The notes beneath the pieces were generated by a model. The model made no database searches and had not been told where the DNA came from. It saw only the letters and a program-made list of their open reading frames with translations. From Gammaproteobacteria bacterium (GTDB lineage: Bacteria; Pseudomonadota; Gammaproteobacteria; JAADHS01): a DNA stretch of 61,102 bases. The position numbers were made by a program, and so were the translations under genes. Shown piece by piece: positions 1 to 10,765 of the stretch; position 1 is the stretch's first letter; each line of letters begins with the position of its first letter. The stretch spans positions 1-61,102 of the forward strand of contig JAADHS010000160.1 in assembly GCA_013151745.1 (NCBI GenBank), given 5' to 3'.

Positions 1-45
1 TGGCGGCGTTAAAATTCCTCGCAATAGCCAGCTATTACTCGTCAT
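1..45 (-). CDS. Possible 5' end of a gene running off the left edge (MTSNSWLLRGILTP...), perhaps a small lipoprotein
   Basis: ATG at 45 on the minus strand with an open frame to position 1; too short to identify. Confidence 0.25.
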   Translation of the reverse strand, partial: MTSNSWLLRGILTPP

Positions 46-204
46 TGTGCCTTACCATGAAATGAATTGAACGCACACTAACACCTGAATCTCAAACGCC
101 ACGGGTATATTGTGGTTATCATTTTTGATATCTGTTGTTTTTAGAGGGCTGCCGCTGAAGAAATTTCAGAAAGGGATTTTCAAGCCTCAAGTATGAGCAG
201 TATT

Positions 205-3129
205 TTATACTTGTACCTGCTCTGCCAGTGCATCATTAAGCTGGCGCTCGATTTTCCGTTTGTAATTCAAAAAATAAATAGTTTGTACATGCTCATCAAC
301 CCCACCATGACTTAACATCGCATGAGGCATATCCATATCTGTAATATAGATGGGGTAAGGTTCTCTATTTTTACGTAGCGACAGCACATGTTGAGCCACT
401 TTTTTGAAAAGAGCAGGCCCATATTCTGCTGAAGAAAACTCCATCTCATTACAATAAATCCGAAACACCGGGATATGATCAACTACCGCTCCAATGACTT
501 GTATATTAAACACTCGAGTTGGCCTTGAATTTTGGTGTAATTCACGCCTGGCAATACTAGGATCAGGCGACCCTGCTCTTGATATGATTTCAAAATATTC
601 GATGTCTTTTACTTCACTCATGTTTTCTTCTTCAAAGCCTATGATTTCATACCGTTGACGATTTAATATAGAGTCAAAAAATAGAGAAAAATGGGAAAGC
701 ACGGAACGACCATCAACAAAAGACATTTTTTGAAAGAATAATGAACCTCTTTCATCCAGCACATAAATTTCGGTAAGGACACCCGAAATTTGATAAAAGA
801 GCTGCACAACACCCGGACGATTAAACGAAAACAAGGAAGGAAGCAGCGTTTTTTGGAGAGCCTGCCGGTCTATTACAACAGGTCGATATCGATCATAATG
901 TTCGCCTAGTTGAGCAACTAACTCAGGGTAGGAGTGAGCCACTTCATAATTTAAAATATTATTTTCGATATCAGTAATGTAAAATTTATTTTCTACAGAA
1001 AGAATGTATCTTGAATCTCCTCCTTGTTCCGATTGATAAAAACAAGCAACCACATCTCGAAATAATTCTTCGATGCGTTTTTTTATGGTGATCGCTCTCC
1101 CTGACGAATAGCACTGAGCGGATAACTCTGGCGGGGTTACCCCCTTGCTTATTGGCGTCCATCTCACATATTCCCGCAAACATTCCAATAAACCTGATGC
1201 ACCCGTGTAACGTGATGTTAATACTTCCTTCCAGGTGGTAATGGTAATCATATCAAAGCTTAATGCCAAATTTTCCCCCAAACCGCCATAACTCAATGCA
1301 TCGTTATGATCGCTCATCAAATGATGGCCATTACGAGCGTATTCTTTCATGGGGTCGATGCCTAAATTCACAAATATACCCACATGTAGTGCCAACGCAC
1401 CTGTCATGAAATCTGATATTTCAGTCTTGATTACATTTTTTTCTGGAAACAAGCGTTGAAACGAAAATAACAGCTCTTTTAACTCTCGAGACGTAAAATC
1501 ACTTTCATTACTCTGCATGGCCAGCACAGTATTATTATTCATCATGGCATTGAAATGACACCAGGAAAGTAACTCAATAAGACTGTGCGATCGTCGCAAA
1601 GGCCGCTCTTTTATCGTTTCATTTTCCTTAAGAGGTGCTGTAAACAACAACCAACTTTCTTTACCATCTTGGCCCACTGAACGATAAAAAGATAAATGGC
1701 TTTCCCGAAGATTACTGGAAATGCCTCGATTGACAATTTCAACTTTTCCCGCCTTTCTTTCAAAAGCGGCATAAAGTTTACGACCGAGTATATTTAAATC
1801 TTTTTGGTTTATAGAAGCCAGTTGAGCGTGCTTTCGAGCAAAATCTGATAAAAATCGATAACTAAACGTGAGCGCTTTGACCAATGCCGCCCGCTCCTTG
1901 ACGACGCGCCCAATTTTCCATTCAGAGCGGGAATCAAGCATTGCCAAATAATCCTCTCGCCACGCCCAGGACTGGGTGACAGATTTCATTAAATCACGTC
2001 GCCAGCTTTCTTCTCGGCGTTTATCAGGAACACTGAGTGGTTCATTAACCTTGAAATAAAAACAGCGTCGCAATAAGGACAAGCGCTCACTTTCCTCTCT
2101 TTGTTCCAAATAATCTTCAAGTTTTTTATACATCATAATATAAGGGTCTAGCTCATCAAGATTGATTTCTCCGTCATAAATAGCTTGCTTAAATAAGTGG
2201 CATAGCAATTTGATATCAGGATATTCCGCAGCATAGCTTTCCATCAATAAAAGCTTAAGCACCGACTTATAAGGCGAATCAATACTTTTATACAATTGCC
2301 ATAGCGCCGCACCAAAAAACTCTTCCGCAGGCACACCAGGCAACGCACCAAGGTCTATATATTCATTCTTCGTGATAAAGCGCTTTGCCCGTAAAGATGC
2401 CGCATAAGCTTCATAATTATTTTCTTGGTCCGGTGGAATAATCCACCACAAGGGATAACGACCACACAGTAACAGCCCTGTTCTGTAAAACTCTTCCATC
2501 AACAAGTAGTGTTGCGCACTACCACTGCTTTCTGCTGAAATATCTTCGTGAACCCCCTTGCCGAAAGTTTCCGCTTCCACTAAGAAAAAATGAACCTCAA
2601 GATCAAAGCTCATCGCCCATTCTTCTATGGCTAATCCTTTTTGTCTAAGCTGTTTCAGCTGATCTCCGTCAAGTTCTTTGGTGTGACAGACCCAGATGTC
2701 AAAATCACTTTTTTTAGAATACGCTACGGTGCCACCACTACCCATAAGAAATAGTGAATAAATATCGAAGCGTAATAATGCTCTTCTTTTTTGATCAAAA
2801 CTTTTAGAAAACTTTTTTATGGTTTTAATCGTAAAATCAGAGGGGCGATATTCAGCAACCCCGGCTGGTGTGGATTTAGAAATAAATCCAGGCAAAGAGG
2901 GGTGATTAATATGAAATAATAACGGTAATACTTCGAGAAAATCACGCTGTCGTTCCCGCAAAGCGCTTTGCGTACGCTGTAATCTTTCTCTGTTTAGCGC
3001 CATAAAACGCTTTTTAACCGTATTGATTTCTTCTAAAGTTGGTTTTTCGCTTTTTAACATAGGGTCATACTCTGTATGACTTATCGGCTCAAGCACGCGA
3101 AGATTCAACAAATTTGCGACATCGGTCAC
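205..3129 (-). CDS. cyaA: Class I adenylate cyclase
   Basis: 974 aa; LPLLFHINHP, MGSGGTVAYSKKSDFDIWVCH, LLMEEFYRT, ALWQLYKSIDSPYKSVLKLLLMESY class I motifs. Confidence 0.95.
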   Translation of the reverse strand: MTDVANLLNLRVLEPISHTEYDPMLKSEKPTLEEINTVKKRFMALNRERLQRTQSALRERQRDFLEVLPLLFHINHPSLPGFISKSTPAGVAEYRPSDFTIKTIKKFSKSFDQKRRALLRFDIYSLFLMGSGGTVAYSKKSDFDIWVCHTKELDGDQLKQLRQKGLAIEEWAMSFDLEVHFFLVEAETFGKGVHEDISAESSGSAQHYLLMEEFYRTGLLLCGRYPLWWIIPPDQENNYEAYAASLRAKRFITKNEYIDLGALPGVPAEEFFGAALWQLYKSIDSPYKSVLKLLLMESYAAEYPDIKLLCHLFKQAIYDGEINLDELDPYIMMYKKLEDYLEQREESERLSLLRRCFYFKVNEPLSVPDKRREESWRRDLMKSVTQSWAWREDYLAMLDSRSEWKIGRVVKERAALVKALTFSYRFLSDFARKHAQLASINQKDLNILGRKLYAAFERKAGKVEIVNRGISSNLRESHLSFYRSVGQDGKESWLLFTAPLKENETIKERPLRRSHSLIELLSWCHFNAMMNNNTVLAMQSNESDFTSRELKELLFSFQRLFPEKNVIKTEISDFMTGALALHVGIFVNLGIDPMKEYARNGHHLMSDHNDALSYGGLGENLALSFDMITITTWKEVLTSRYTGASGLLECLREYVRWTPISKGVTPPELSAQCYSSGRAITIKKRIEELFRDVVACFYQSEQGGDSRYILSVENKFYITDIENNILNYEVAHSYPELVAQLGEHYDRYRPVVIDRQALQKTLLPSLFSFNRPGVVQLFYQISGVLTEIYVLDERGSLFFQKMSFVDGRSVLSHFSLFFDSILNRQRYEIIGFEEENMSEVKDIEYFEIISRAGSPDPSIARRELHQNSRPTRVFNIQVIGAVVDHIPVFRIYCNEMEFSSAEYGPALFKKVAQHVLSLRKNREPYPIYITDMDMPHAMLSHGGVDEHVQTIYFLNYKRKIERQLNDALAEQVQV

Positions 3130-3230
3130 CTATTTTCGAAAGCGTATTGCACTAATTAATTGATGTATTTATGGTTTGATAACGCACATCGCCTATTTTG
3201 GACTGTACAGACACCCGGTAAAACGTTTAA

Positions 3231-3258
3231 CCTAGAAAACGCAACTGGACACGGATGT
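3231..3258 (+). repeat. Dispersed intergenic repeat, copy 1 (CCTAGAAAACGCAACTGGACACGGATGT)
   Basis: Matches copies at 29792-29828, 32609-32640 and 41189-41225. Confidence 0.75.
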
Positions 3259-3484
3259 GGAAGATAGAGCGACGCAGGATGCTAAAGCCGAGAGGAAACA
3301 ATCGTAGTTGGCTTGGTTGGTGATGCAACTTTTCTTGCTCAGTCAAAAAAATCAATATCTTATGCTATAGACCGTGGATCAACAGTGTTTTTTTTGGGTT
3401 TAATCTGAGGCTCATTCATCCAGGTTCTTTTATTAGAAATACGAAATATGGGTCGTCTTTTCATCGCTATGGAGTACATCAACA

Positions 3485-4306
3485 ATGAGCAACTCGCTAG
3501 ACTCAACACTAGCTACTTTATCTTTAGAGACCGCCCCCATTGGCGTGTTGATTGTTCATACCAAAGGGGATATCATCTTTTTCAATAAAACGTTCAAGAC
3601 CCTGTTCCATATCAACCGCCCACCTGAAAGTGCCCATATTGACGCATTACCGACAACGCTTAGAGACGCCATAAAGAATCAAAAAGAAGAAATAACAATA
3701 CATAGCAAGGCAACAGATACAAAACATTTTTATAAATGTTGGTATAATCCATCCGTCGATGAAAAAGATCACTCAATTTGGTTTTTCCTGGATGTGACGA
3801 AAACGACCCAGGTCTATCAAGAGCGTGACCGTTTGGCGAACGAGCTGTCCAAAGTCTCTACGCGTGATCCGCAAACGGGACTCCCCAATAAAAGTGCCTT
3901 GATGCAAGGTCTGGAACCCTTGGTATCACGCAGCCGTCGCTATAACAATCCACTGTCCTTGATTCGCCTCCGCATTAATATAAAAGCAGAATATATTGAT
4001 CAGCTAGAAAATATTATGCTGCTTTTGTCTCGTTTTCTCCGAGATCAAATGCGCTGGGCCGACATGGTAGGCCGGTTAACGGCGAATGAATTTCTGCTAG
4101 TATTGCCCGAGACTGGAGAACAGGCAGCCAATACCCTGGCTCATAAAATAACGAAAAAACTCAGCCAGTTAGCTGTTCAAAAACAAGATTCCATACCCAG
4201 CATTTCTATTGAAAGTGGTGTCTCCAGCTGGTTCAAAGGGGATGATATGATGCGTTTGATCCATAATACAGAACAGAACCTGATACAAAACACAAAGCAA
4301 AGCTAA
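3485..4306 (+). CDS. PAS-like plus degenerate GGDEF domain protein
   Basis: RDPQTGLPN and RSRRYNNPLSLI motifs; active site reads TANEF; RWAD I-site retained. Confidence 0.85.
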   Translation: MSNSLDSTLATLSLETAPIGVLIVHTKGDIIFFNKTFKTLFHINRPPESAHIDALPTTLRDAIKNQKEEITIHSKATDTKHFYKCWYNPSVDEKDHSIWFFLDVTKTTQVYQERDRLANELSKVSTRDPQTGLPNKSALMQGLEPLVSRSRRYNNPLSLIRLRINIKAEYIDQLENIMLLLSRFLRDQMRWADMVGRLTANEFLLVLPETGEQAANTLAHKITKKLSQLAVQKQDSIPSISIESGVSSWFKGDDMMRLIHNTEQNLIQNTKQS

Positions 4307-4314
4307 AACCCCAA

Positions 4315-5700
4315 TTACAACGCCCTCTCCCTTGCAATTGCCGCTCGCACTTGTGAGGGTGCGGTTCCCCCAATATGATCACGCGCCGCCACGGAACCTT
4401 CCAAGCTAAGTACCGTAATAACATCTTGTTCTATGTCTGCAGAAAATTTTTGCAACTCCGCTAGAGACAGCTCCGACAAATCTTTATTTTGCTCAACACC
4501 ATAACGCACCGCTTGACCTACCACCTCATGCGCATCACGAAAAGCCAGGCCTTTACGTACTAAATAATCGGCCAGATCTGTCGCGGTTGAAAATCCTTGT
4601 AGCGCTGCCTTTTTCATATTTTTTTTATTGGCCATGATTACCGGTACCATATCAGCAAAAATACTCACCGACATTTTCACCGTATCAACCGCATCAAACA
4701 GCGGCTCTTTATCCTCCTGATTGTCTTTATTATAGGCTAGGGGCTGACCTTTCATTATAGTTAACAGGGCAATCAAATCACCATTCACTCTCCCGGTTTT
4801 GCCTCTGACCAGCTCGGGTATATCCGGATTTTTTTTCTGCGGCATAATGGAAGAGCCAGTGCAAAAACGATCGGGTAATTCGATAAAATTAAACTGAGCC
4901 GATGACCAGATGATCAGTTCCTCTGAAAATCGGGATAAATGCATCATAATAATCGCCGCAGAACTGCAAAATTCAATAGCAAAGTCTCTGTCGCTGACGG
5001 CATCCAGTGAGTTTTCACACAGCCCATCAAAACCCAGTAAAGACGCGGTATAGGCTCTATCAATGGGATACGTTGTCCCTGCCAGCGCCGCCGCCCCCAA
5101 TGGCATCCGGTTGACACGTTGGCGACAGTCCCTCATCCGCAAACCATCCCGTTTTAACATTTCGTACCAGGCTAATAAATGATGGCCAAAAGTGACCGGC
5201 TGAGCGACCTGTAAATGCGTAAACCCGGGCATGATCGTATCCGCTTCTTTTTCGGCCAAATCCAGCAGTCCATTTTTCAAACGATCAAGCTGCATCATCA
5301 AATTATCAATTTCATCACGTAAATATAAACGAATATCGGTTGCCACCTGGTCATTACGTGAACGCCCTGTGTGGAGTTTTTTGCCGGCGATACCTATTTT
5401 TTCTGTTAATTTTGCCTCAATATTCATGTGGACATCTTCCAGAGCAATTGACCACTCGAACTCACCCGCCTCAATATCCAACAAAATTTGATCTAAACCC
5501 TGGCAAATCGACGAACACTCATCCTCTGTCAGCACACCCACCTTAGCCAGCATCTGCGCATGCGCCTGAGAGCCAAGAATGTCATAACGATACAATCGTT
5601 GATCAAAACCCACAGAAGAATTGAAGATTTCTACGGCCACATGAGTCGCTTCGCTAAAGCGTCCTCCCCATAGCTTTCTTTTTGGTTCATTTTTTGACAC
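4315..5700 (-). CDS. argH: Argininosuccinate lyase
   Basis: [27 protein letters not shown]; GTG start at 5700 preceded by GGAG. Confidence 0.97.
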   Translation of the reverse strand: MSKNEPKRKLWGGRFSEATHVAVEIFNSSVGFDQRLYRYDILGSQAHAQMLAKVGVLTEDECSSICQGLDQILLDIEAGEFEWSIALEDVHMNIEAKLTEKIGIAGKKLHTGRSRNDQVATDIRLYLRDEIDNLMMQLDRLKNGLLDLAEKEADTIMPGFTHLQVAQPVTFGHHLLAWYEMLKRDGLRMRDCRQRVNRMPLGAAALAGTTYPIDRAYTASLLGFDGLCENSLDAVSDRDFAIEFCSSAAIIMMHLSRFSEELIIWSSAQFNFIELPDRFCTGSSIMPQKKNPDIPELVRGKTGRVNGDLIALLTIMKGQPLAYNKDNQEDKEPLFDAVDTVKMSVSIFADMVPVIMANKKNMKKAALQGFSTATDLADYLVRKGLAFRDAHEVVGQAVRYGVEQNKDLSELSLAELQKFSADIEQDVITVLSLEGSVAARDHIGGTAPSQVRAAIARERAL

Positions 5701-5808
5701 AAGGCACTCCAAATTTAAAAACAAAATCAACAGGTTACAAATCGTACTAGAACTCTAAGCCAATGCAAGGTAGCATGAGTGTTTTCCGTAAGTACACTTG
5801 AAACGACC

Positions 5809-6738
5809 ATGAGTAAACAAATTATTCGCATCGCAACACGAAAAAGTCCGCTGGCCTTGTGGCAAGCAGAATATGTGCGTGCAAATCTTGAGCAGGCTCA
5901 CCCTGGACTCTCCGTAGAACTTCTGACGATGACCACTCAAGGGGACAAAATACTAGACAGTCCGCTCGCTAAAATAGGTGGAAAAGGCTTGTTTGTCAAA
6001 GAACTAGAAAAAAGCCTTTTGGATAATGAAGCAGACATTGCGGTTCATTCTATGAAAGATGTTCCGGTAGAGCTGCCAATGGGCTTGCACCTGCCCATCA
6101 TCTGTCAGCGCGAAGACCCTACTGACGCCTTTGTTTCTAACGATTTTGCCTCCATTGATGATTTACCACAAGGCGCGATTGTCGGCACCTCCAGTTTGCG
6201 CCGCCAATGCCAGATTAAGCTAAAACGACCTGATTTAATCATCAAAGATTTGCGAGGAAATGTCGGCAGCCGACTCAAAAAACTTGATCAAGGTGATTAT
6301 GCCGCAATCATCCTGGCCTCCGCAGGTCTGATCCGTTTAAAATTGAATGAGCGCATTCGCGACCGCATCGACACCAACATATTACTACCCGCTATAGGAC
6401 AAGGCGCGGTTGGCATCGAATGTCGAAAAAATGACGATCAAACGCTTTCATTATTAATGCCACTCAATCATAAAGAAACCCAAATACGTGTTGCGGCAGA
6501 ACGCGCAATGAATCATAAGTTGGAAGGCGGCTGCCAGGTACCCATTGCCGGATACTCGGAACTTACTGATAACAAACTTTTTTTAAGAGGTTTGGTTGGC
6601 CAGCCTGATGGCCGTATTTTACTCAGAAGTGACGCCAGCGGAGCACCCGAAGATGCCGCAGCCATCGGCATCACCGTCGCCAATGACTTACTTAAACAAG
6701 GTGCAGATAAAATACTAAAAACACTTTATAATGGATAA
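5809..6738 (+). CDS. hemC: Hydroxymethylbilane synthase (porphobilinogen deaminase)
   Basis: [40 protein letters not shown]; start moved to ATG 5809. Confidence 0.97.
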   Translation: MSKQIIRIATRKSPLALWQAEYVRANLEQAHPGLSVELLTMTTQGDKILDSPLAKIGGKGLFVKELEKSLLDNEADIAVHSMKDVPVELPMGLHLPIICQREDPTDAFVSNDFASIDDLPQGAIVGTSSLRRQCQIKLKRPDLIIKDLRGNVGSRLKKLDQGDYAAIILASAGLIRLKLNERIRDRIDTNILLPAIGQGAVGIECRKNDDQTLSLLMPLNHKETQIRVAAERAMNHKLEGGCQVPIAGYSELTDNKLFLRGLVGQPDGRILLRSDASGAPEDAAAIGITVANDLLKQGADKILKTLYNG

Positions 6739-6894
6739 ATAAAGAAATTTTTAATACTATTTTTAAGAAAACACTAGAAAAATGGCTCAGCTCAGTTTAA
6801 AGTTTGAGGCTGACACTCAGAAATAGGGCGTTCAGGTATCGTGCTCAATAGTGAGGCATCATTATTTTAACAACATTTCCGCAGGATTTTTTAT

Positions 6895-7674
6895 GTGAAT
6901 CAAAGCGCAGCAATACGTAAGAGTGTTCTAGTAACACGGCCTGCTGACCAAGGAATTGAACTTTGCAACGATATTGTAAACATGGGATGGGAATGCACCC
7001 TTTTCCCCACAATAGAAATAGTTAAAGCAAGCGAAAACGGCTCACTGAGCGCCGTAGTTAAAAACTTTAACACTTTTGACATTGCACTTTTTGTCAGCGC
7101 CAATGCCGTTACTTATGGCCTTAGATGGCTTAAAAAAAATCATCTAAGCTGGCCACAAAACGTACTGATTGGTGCCGTAGGCAAAAGCACAGCGAAATCA
7201 TTGGTTGTTCACGGACAGCTTCATGTTGACCTGATACCCGGTCAACGGTTTGATAGTGAGGGTTTGTTAGCCCTCAATGACTTGCAAAATGTAAAAAATA
7301 AAAATATTGTTATTTTCCGGGGCAACAGCGGCAGAGAGCACTTAGCGAACACCTTAAAAAAACGGGGCGCATCGATAACCTACGCAGAGGTCTATCAACG
7401 ACGCATGCCAAGCCAAAAAATAGCAAGCATGCTCAGTGAAGAACAACGAAACCGCATTAATATTGCCGTTTCAACCAGTAATGAAGGATTAGAAAATTTA
7501 TATATAATGACTGAAAAGGTACTTCGTCCCTGGTTATTGAATTTGCACCTGATAGTATTGAGTTCAAGAACCGTTGTTGTAGCGGAACAGCTTGGTTTCA
7601 AGCACAAACCATTTATAGCAACCCCCGTTGGCAACACAGCAATAACCGAAACATTAAAAAAAATTTTATTATAA
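6895..7674 (+). CDS. hemD: Uroporphyrinogen-III synthase
   Basis: VLVTRP, FVSANAV, AVGKSTA, DSEGLL, RGNSGRE; follows hemC. Confidence 0.93.
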   Translation: MNQSAAIRKSVLVTRPADQGIELCNDIVNMGWECTLFPTIEIVKASENGSLSAVVKNFNTFDIALFVSANAVTYGLRWLKKNHLSWPQNVLIGAVGKSTAKSLVVHGQLHVDLIPGQRFDSEGLLALNDLQNVKNKNIVIFRGNSGREHLANTLKKRGASITYAEVYQRRMPSQKIASMLSEEQRNRINIAVSTSNEGLENLYIMTEKVLRPWLLNLHLIVLSSRTVVVAEQLGFKHKPFIATPVGNTAITETLKKILL

Positions 7675-7719
7675 ACCGTTATTATATTTCGAAACCCACT
7701 ATAGGGGGAGACAGATTCA

Positions 7720-9225
7720 ATGAGCGAAAAACCAATACCAACCGAAGCTAAGCCTTCAGACTCAACGGCGACTGAATCAACCAGCACAAATAAGGCTCCC
7801 TCCACTGAAGCGAACACATCCAAACCAACCAGCAATATCAATATGAGTATTGCCGCGCCAAAACGACCCAGCAGCGCAGACGAAACACCGGCAAACACAT
7901 ATTCAAAGCGTCATGGTGGCAACGGACTCGCGACAACGGCCATTGTGCTGGCCTTGATTGCAGTTGTTGCAGGAGTTTTCCTATGGAATGAATTGTCAAC
8001 CGTCCAACGTGAATTAGCAGACACCACAGGGCTTGATCAATCCGAGCTGAATCAAATTCAGAGTACCCTTGAACAAAACTCTGAAAACCGCACCGACCAG
8101 ACCACAGCAGAACTTAAAACACTTGTTGCCGAAGCACAAAAAGAACTTGAAAGCGAGATAAAAGAATCTCTATCCCAGTTAGAAAACAATATTAATAGTA
8201 TATCCAGCAACGTTAAACAACAGGACGCAAATACAGCCGCATTGGTCGCGACAACTCGCGAGCTTCTAAAAGGTGAACTAAATCAAGCCACAACAAAAAC
8301 CAATGATGTCATAACACAAACTGATGGTACCCTGTCCGAACTAAAAGGTTCATTCAGTGAGCTGAAACTGCAAGTTCAAAATCGCCTGGATTCAACCATC
8401 GCCAGCCTGGATACCCGCCTTAAATCCACAGAAGACGAACAAACCAAGCTACAATTAATCGTCCAGAGATCACAAGAAGAACTCACTCAAGCCATCGGTA
8501 AAAACCGTACAGACTGGGCATTAAACGAAGTTGAACACATTTTAAGCATTGCAAACAATCAGGTCTCATTGGAAAGAAGCCCGGTAAAAGCCATTACCTC
8601 TTTACGCACTGCCAAGCAACGATTACAAAACATTGACAACCCCCAACTCACAAAAATACGCGAAGCGGTTAATACTGACATTGCAGCACTGGAGAGTCTT
8701 AAAACTCTGGATTTACATAACACGTCGCTCATGATCAACCGTCTGGCTGGCGAAGCAGGTAAATTACGCAATACCGTCACCAAGACAACACCCGCAGTAG
8801 AAGCATTGGCTACAGAGGCACCCATCGCTAAAGAAGAAAACATTGCCTCGACTTCGTTACTTGCAATTAAAGGTTTCGCCAGTGCCGCCTGGCAAGGTTT
8901 AAGTGCTGGTGTCACCATAGCAGAAGGCGGAGAGGTTATAGCCCCTTTACTACCCCCGGAACATGCTTTTTTTCTACAACAAAATCTGCAATTAAAGCTT
9001 GAAAGTGCGCGCTTGGCACTTTTACGACAGGACGATGCCAATTTTCATAGCAGTATTGCTGCGGCGAGAGACTGGACACAACGTTACTTTGATGCAAAAG
9101 ATGATACGACTCAACAATTTATTAAGGACTTAAACAGCCTGGATGCACTGAAACTGGATCCGACCCTGCCTGATATTTCAAATTCTTTAAGAGTATTAAG
9201 AGAAATCAAACCTTCTCTTTCTTAA
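7720..9225 (+). CDS. hemX: HemX-family membrane protein with long coiled coil
   Basis: Single TM, DWALNEVEHIL, PLLPP..FFLQQNLQLKLESARLALL, WTQRYFD; hemCDXY synteny. Confidence 0.88.
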   Translation: MSEKPIPTEAKPSDSTATESTSTNKAPSTEANTSKPTSNINMSIAAPKRPSSADETPANTYSKRHGGNGLATTAIVLALIAVVAGVFLWNELSTVQRELADTTGLDQSELNQIQSTLEQNSENRTDQTTAELKTLVAEAQKELESEIKESLSQLENNINSISSNVKQQDANTAALVATTRELLKGELNQATTKTNDVITQTDGTLSELKGSFSELKLQVQNRLDSTIASLDTRLKSTEDEQTKLQLIVQRSQEELTQAIGKNRTDWALNEVEHILSIANNQVSLERSPVKAITSLRTAKQRLQNIDNPQLTKIREAVNTDIAALESLKTLDLHNTSLMINRLAGEAGKLRNTVTKTTPAVEALATEAPIAKEENIASTSLLAIKGFASAAWQGLSAGVTIAEGGEVIAPLLPPEHAFFLQQNLQLKLESARLALLRQDDANFHSSIAAARDWTQRYFDAKDDTTQQFIKDLNSLDALKLDPTLPDISNSLRVLREIKPSLS

Positions 9226-9326
9226 AAAATTAGACTTATCCGGACTTTATTCGGGCGGAATGACAATAAACAACACACCTTTTTTTCAAGGCAACTTTTT
9301 AAGGTAACCAAGGGGAGCAAGCTATC

Positions 9327-10616
9327 ATGAGGTTCTTAATCCTAACGATAGTCGTTATACTGGGAGCGGTATATTTAGGCTTGGAAATTGAAAAATATCC
9401 TGGCCATGTCATGATTCAAATAGATGATGTAAAAACGATTAATGCGCCTATCGGCCTTACGCTCGGTGCATTATTGGCGGGTTTTATTATTTTTTATATT
9501 GGGGTCAGGCTACTTATAACTACAATACGAAGCCCTAAAACCATACGTCAATATACGAGCAATAGACGCGAAAAAATAGCGAACAATGCGCTCAATCAAG
9601 GTTTTTTACAACTGGCTCAAGGCCACTGGAAACCCGCGCAAAAACTCTTAAGCAAAGCTATGAAACACAAAAAAACAGCAGCTCTGAGTTATTTGGGTAC
9701 CGCAAGAGCAGCCCAGGAACTGGGCAACACAAAAGTTCGAGACAAATGTTTAAAACTTGCAGAAAACACAACCGCAACCTCAGATATCTCAGCTGAAATT
9801 ACAGCAGCCCAGCTTCTGATTACGGATAGAAAACTGGATCAAGCGGCGAACAAATTGCAACAACTGTTGCGTAAAGATCCCAAAAACACACTTATTTTAG
9901 CAGAGCTTAAAGATTGCTACATTAAAAGCCAGTCTTGGGAAGATCTCGCTGAAATCATCCACGACTTACAAGAATATAAAGTACTCACCTCTACAGAAAC
10001 TTTAGCTTTGGCTCGCAGCACCTTTGCTCATGTGCTTGGCAAGGCGTCTCAAACTGGAGAAGACAGCCGCGCTTTGGATGATGCTTGGGGATTGGTTCCT
10101 AGTGAAATGAGAAGAGACAAACAGATTCTGTCTCTATATATCCGTTACCTGCTCGAAAATGGTGAAGGTTCAAGACCTGAAAATATATTGCGCAACAAAA
10201 TCAAACAAGCCTGGGATGACAACCTAGTACACCTCTATGGGTTAGTCGATAGCGGTACTCCCGCACCTCAGCTTGCTACCGCAGAACGTTGGCTCAAGCG
10301 TCGCCCAGACAATGCGATACTACTACTCACTCTAGGAAGATTAGCACTGCGTAACCATTTATGGTCTAAAGCACGATCCTATCTTGAAAAAAGTGTCGAC
10401 CTGGATCCTCGCCCTGAAACCTACATGTTGCTAGGAAAGCTACTGGAACAAACGGGTGAAAATGTCATTGCTGGAGAGTGTTTCCGCGAGGGTCTTAATA
10501 TCACAGTTAGGGATGACCTGAAACTGGAACGCACGCCCATTGAGCTTATTAAAAACAGGCAATCCAGTGCATTATCCATCACCCCAACAACGGCATTAGG
10601 ACCCGTCGCAACGTAA
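9327..10616 (+). CDS. hemY: Heme biosynthesis-associated TPR protein HemY
   Basis: Two N-terminal TMs, TPRs, AERWLKRRPDNAILLLTLGRLALRNHLWSKAR. Confidence 0.9.
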   Translation: MRFLILTIVVILGAVYLGLEIEKYPGHVMIQIDDVKTINAPIGLTLGALLAGFIIFYIGVRLLITTIRSPKTIRQYTSNRREKIANNALNQGFLQLAQGHWKPAQKLLSKAMKHKKTAALSYLGTARAAQELGNTKVRDKCLKLAENTTATSDISAEITAAQLLITDRKLDQAANKLQQLLRKDPKNTLILAELKDCYIKSQSWEDLAEIIHDLQEYKVLTSTETLALARSTFAHVLGKASQTGEDSRALDDAWGLVPSEMRRDKQILSLYIRYLLENGEGSRPENILRNKIKQAWDDNLVHLYGLVDSGTPAPQLATAERWLKRRPDNAILLLTLGRLALRNHLWSKARSYLEKSVDLDPRPETYMLLGKLLEQTGENVIAGECFREGLNITVRDDLKLERTPIELIKNRQSSALSITPTTALGPVAT

Positions 10617-10638
10617 AACTTTTTTCATGTTGTGAACT

Positions 10639-10675
10639 AAAAAAACCCCGCGCAATATAGCAAGGGGTTTTTTTT
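10639..10675 (+). terminator. Intrinsic terminator after hemY
   Basis: AAAAAAACCCC...GGGGTTTTTTTT hairpin with U-tract. Confidence 0.8.
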
Positions 10676-10765
10676 CGTCCCTAAATACACGCCATTCTCG
10701 TAGCGTTTAAAGTTTAGGTGTATATAATAGATGCTACGAATTGAAATTAAAGTTCGCGGTAAACA

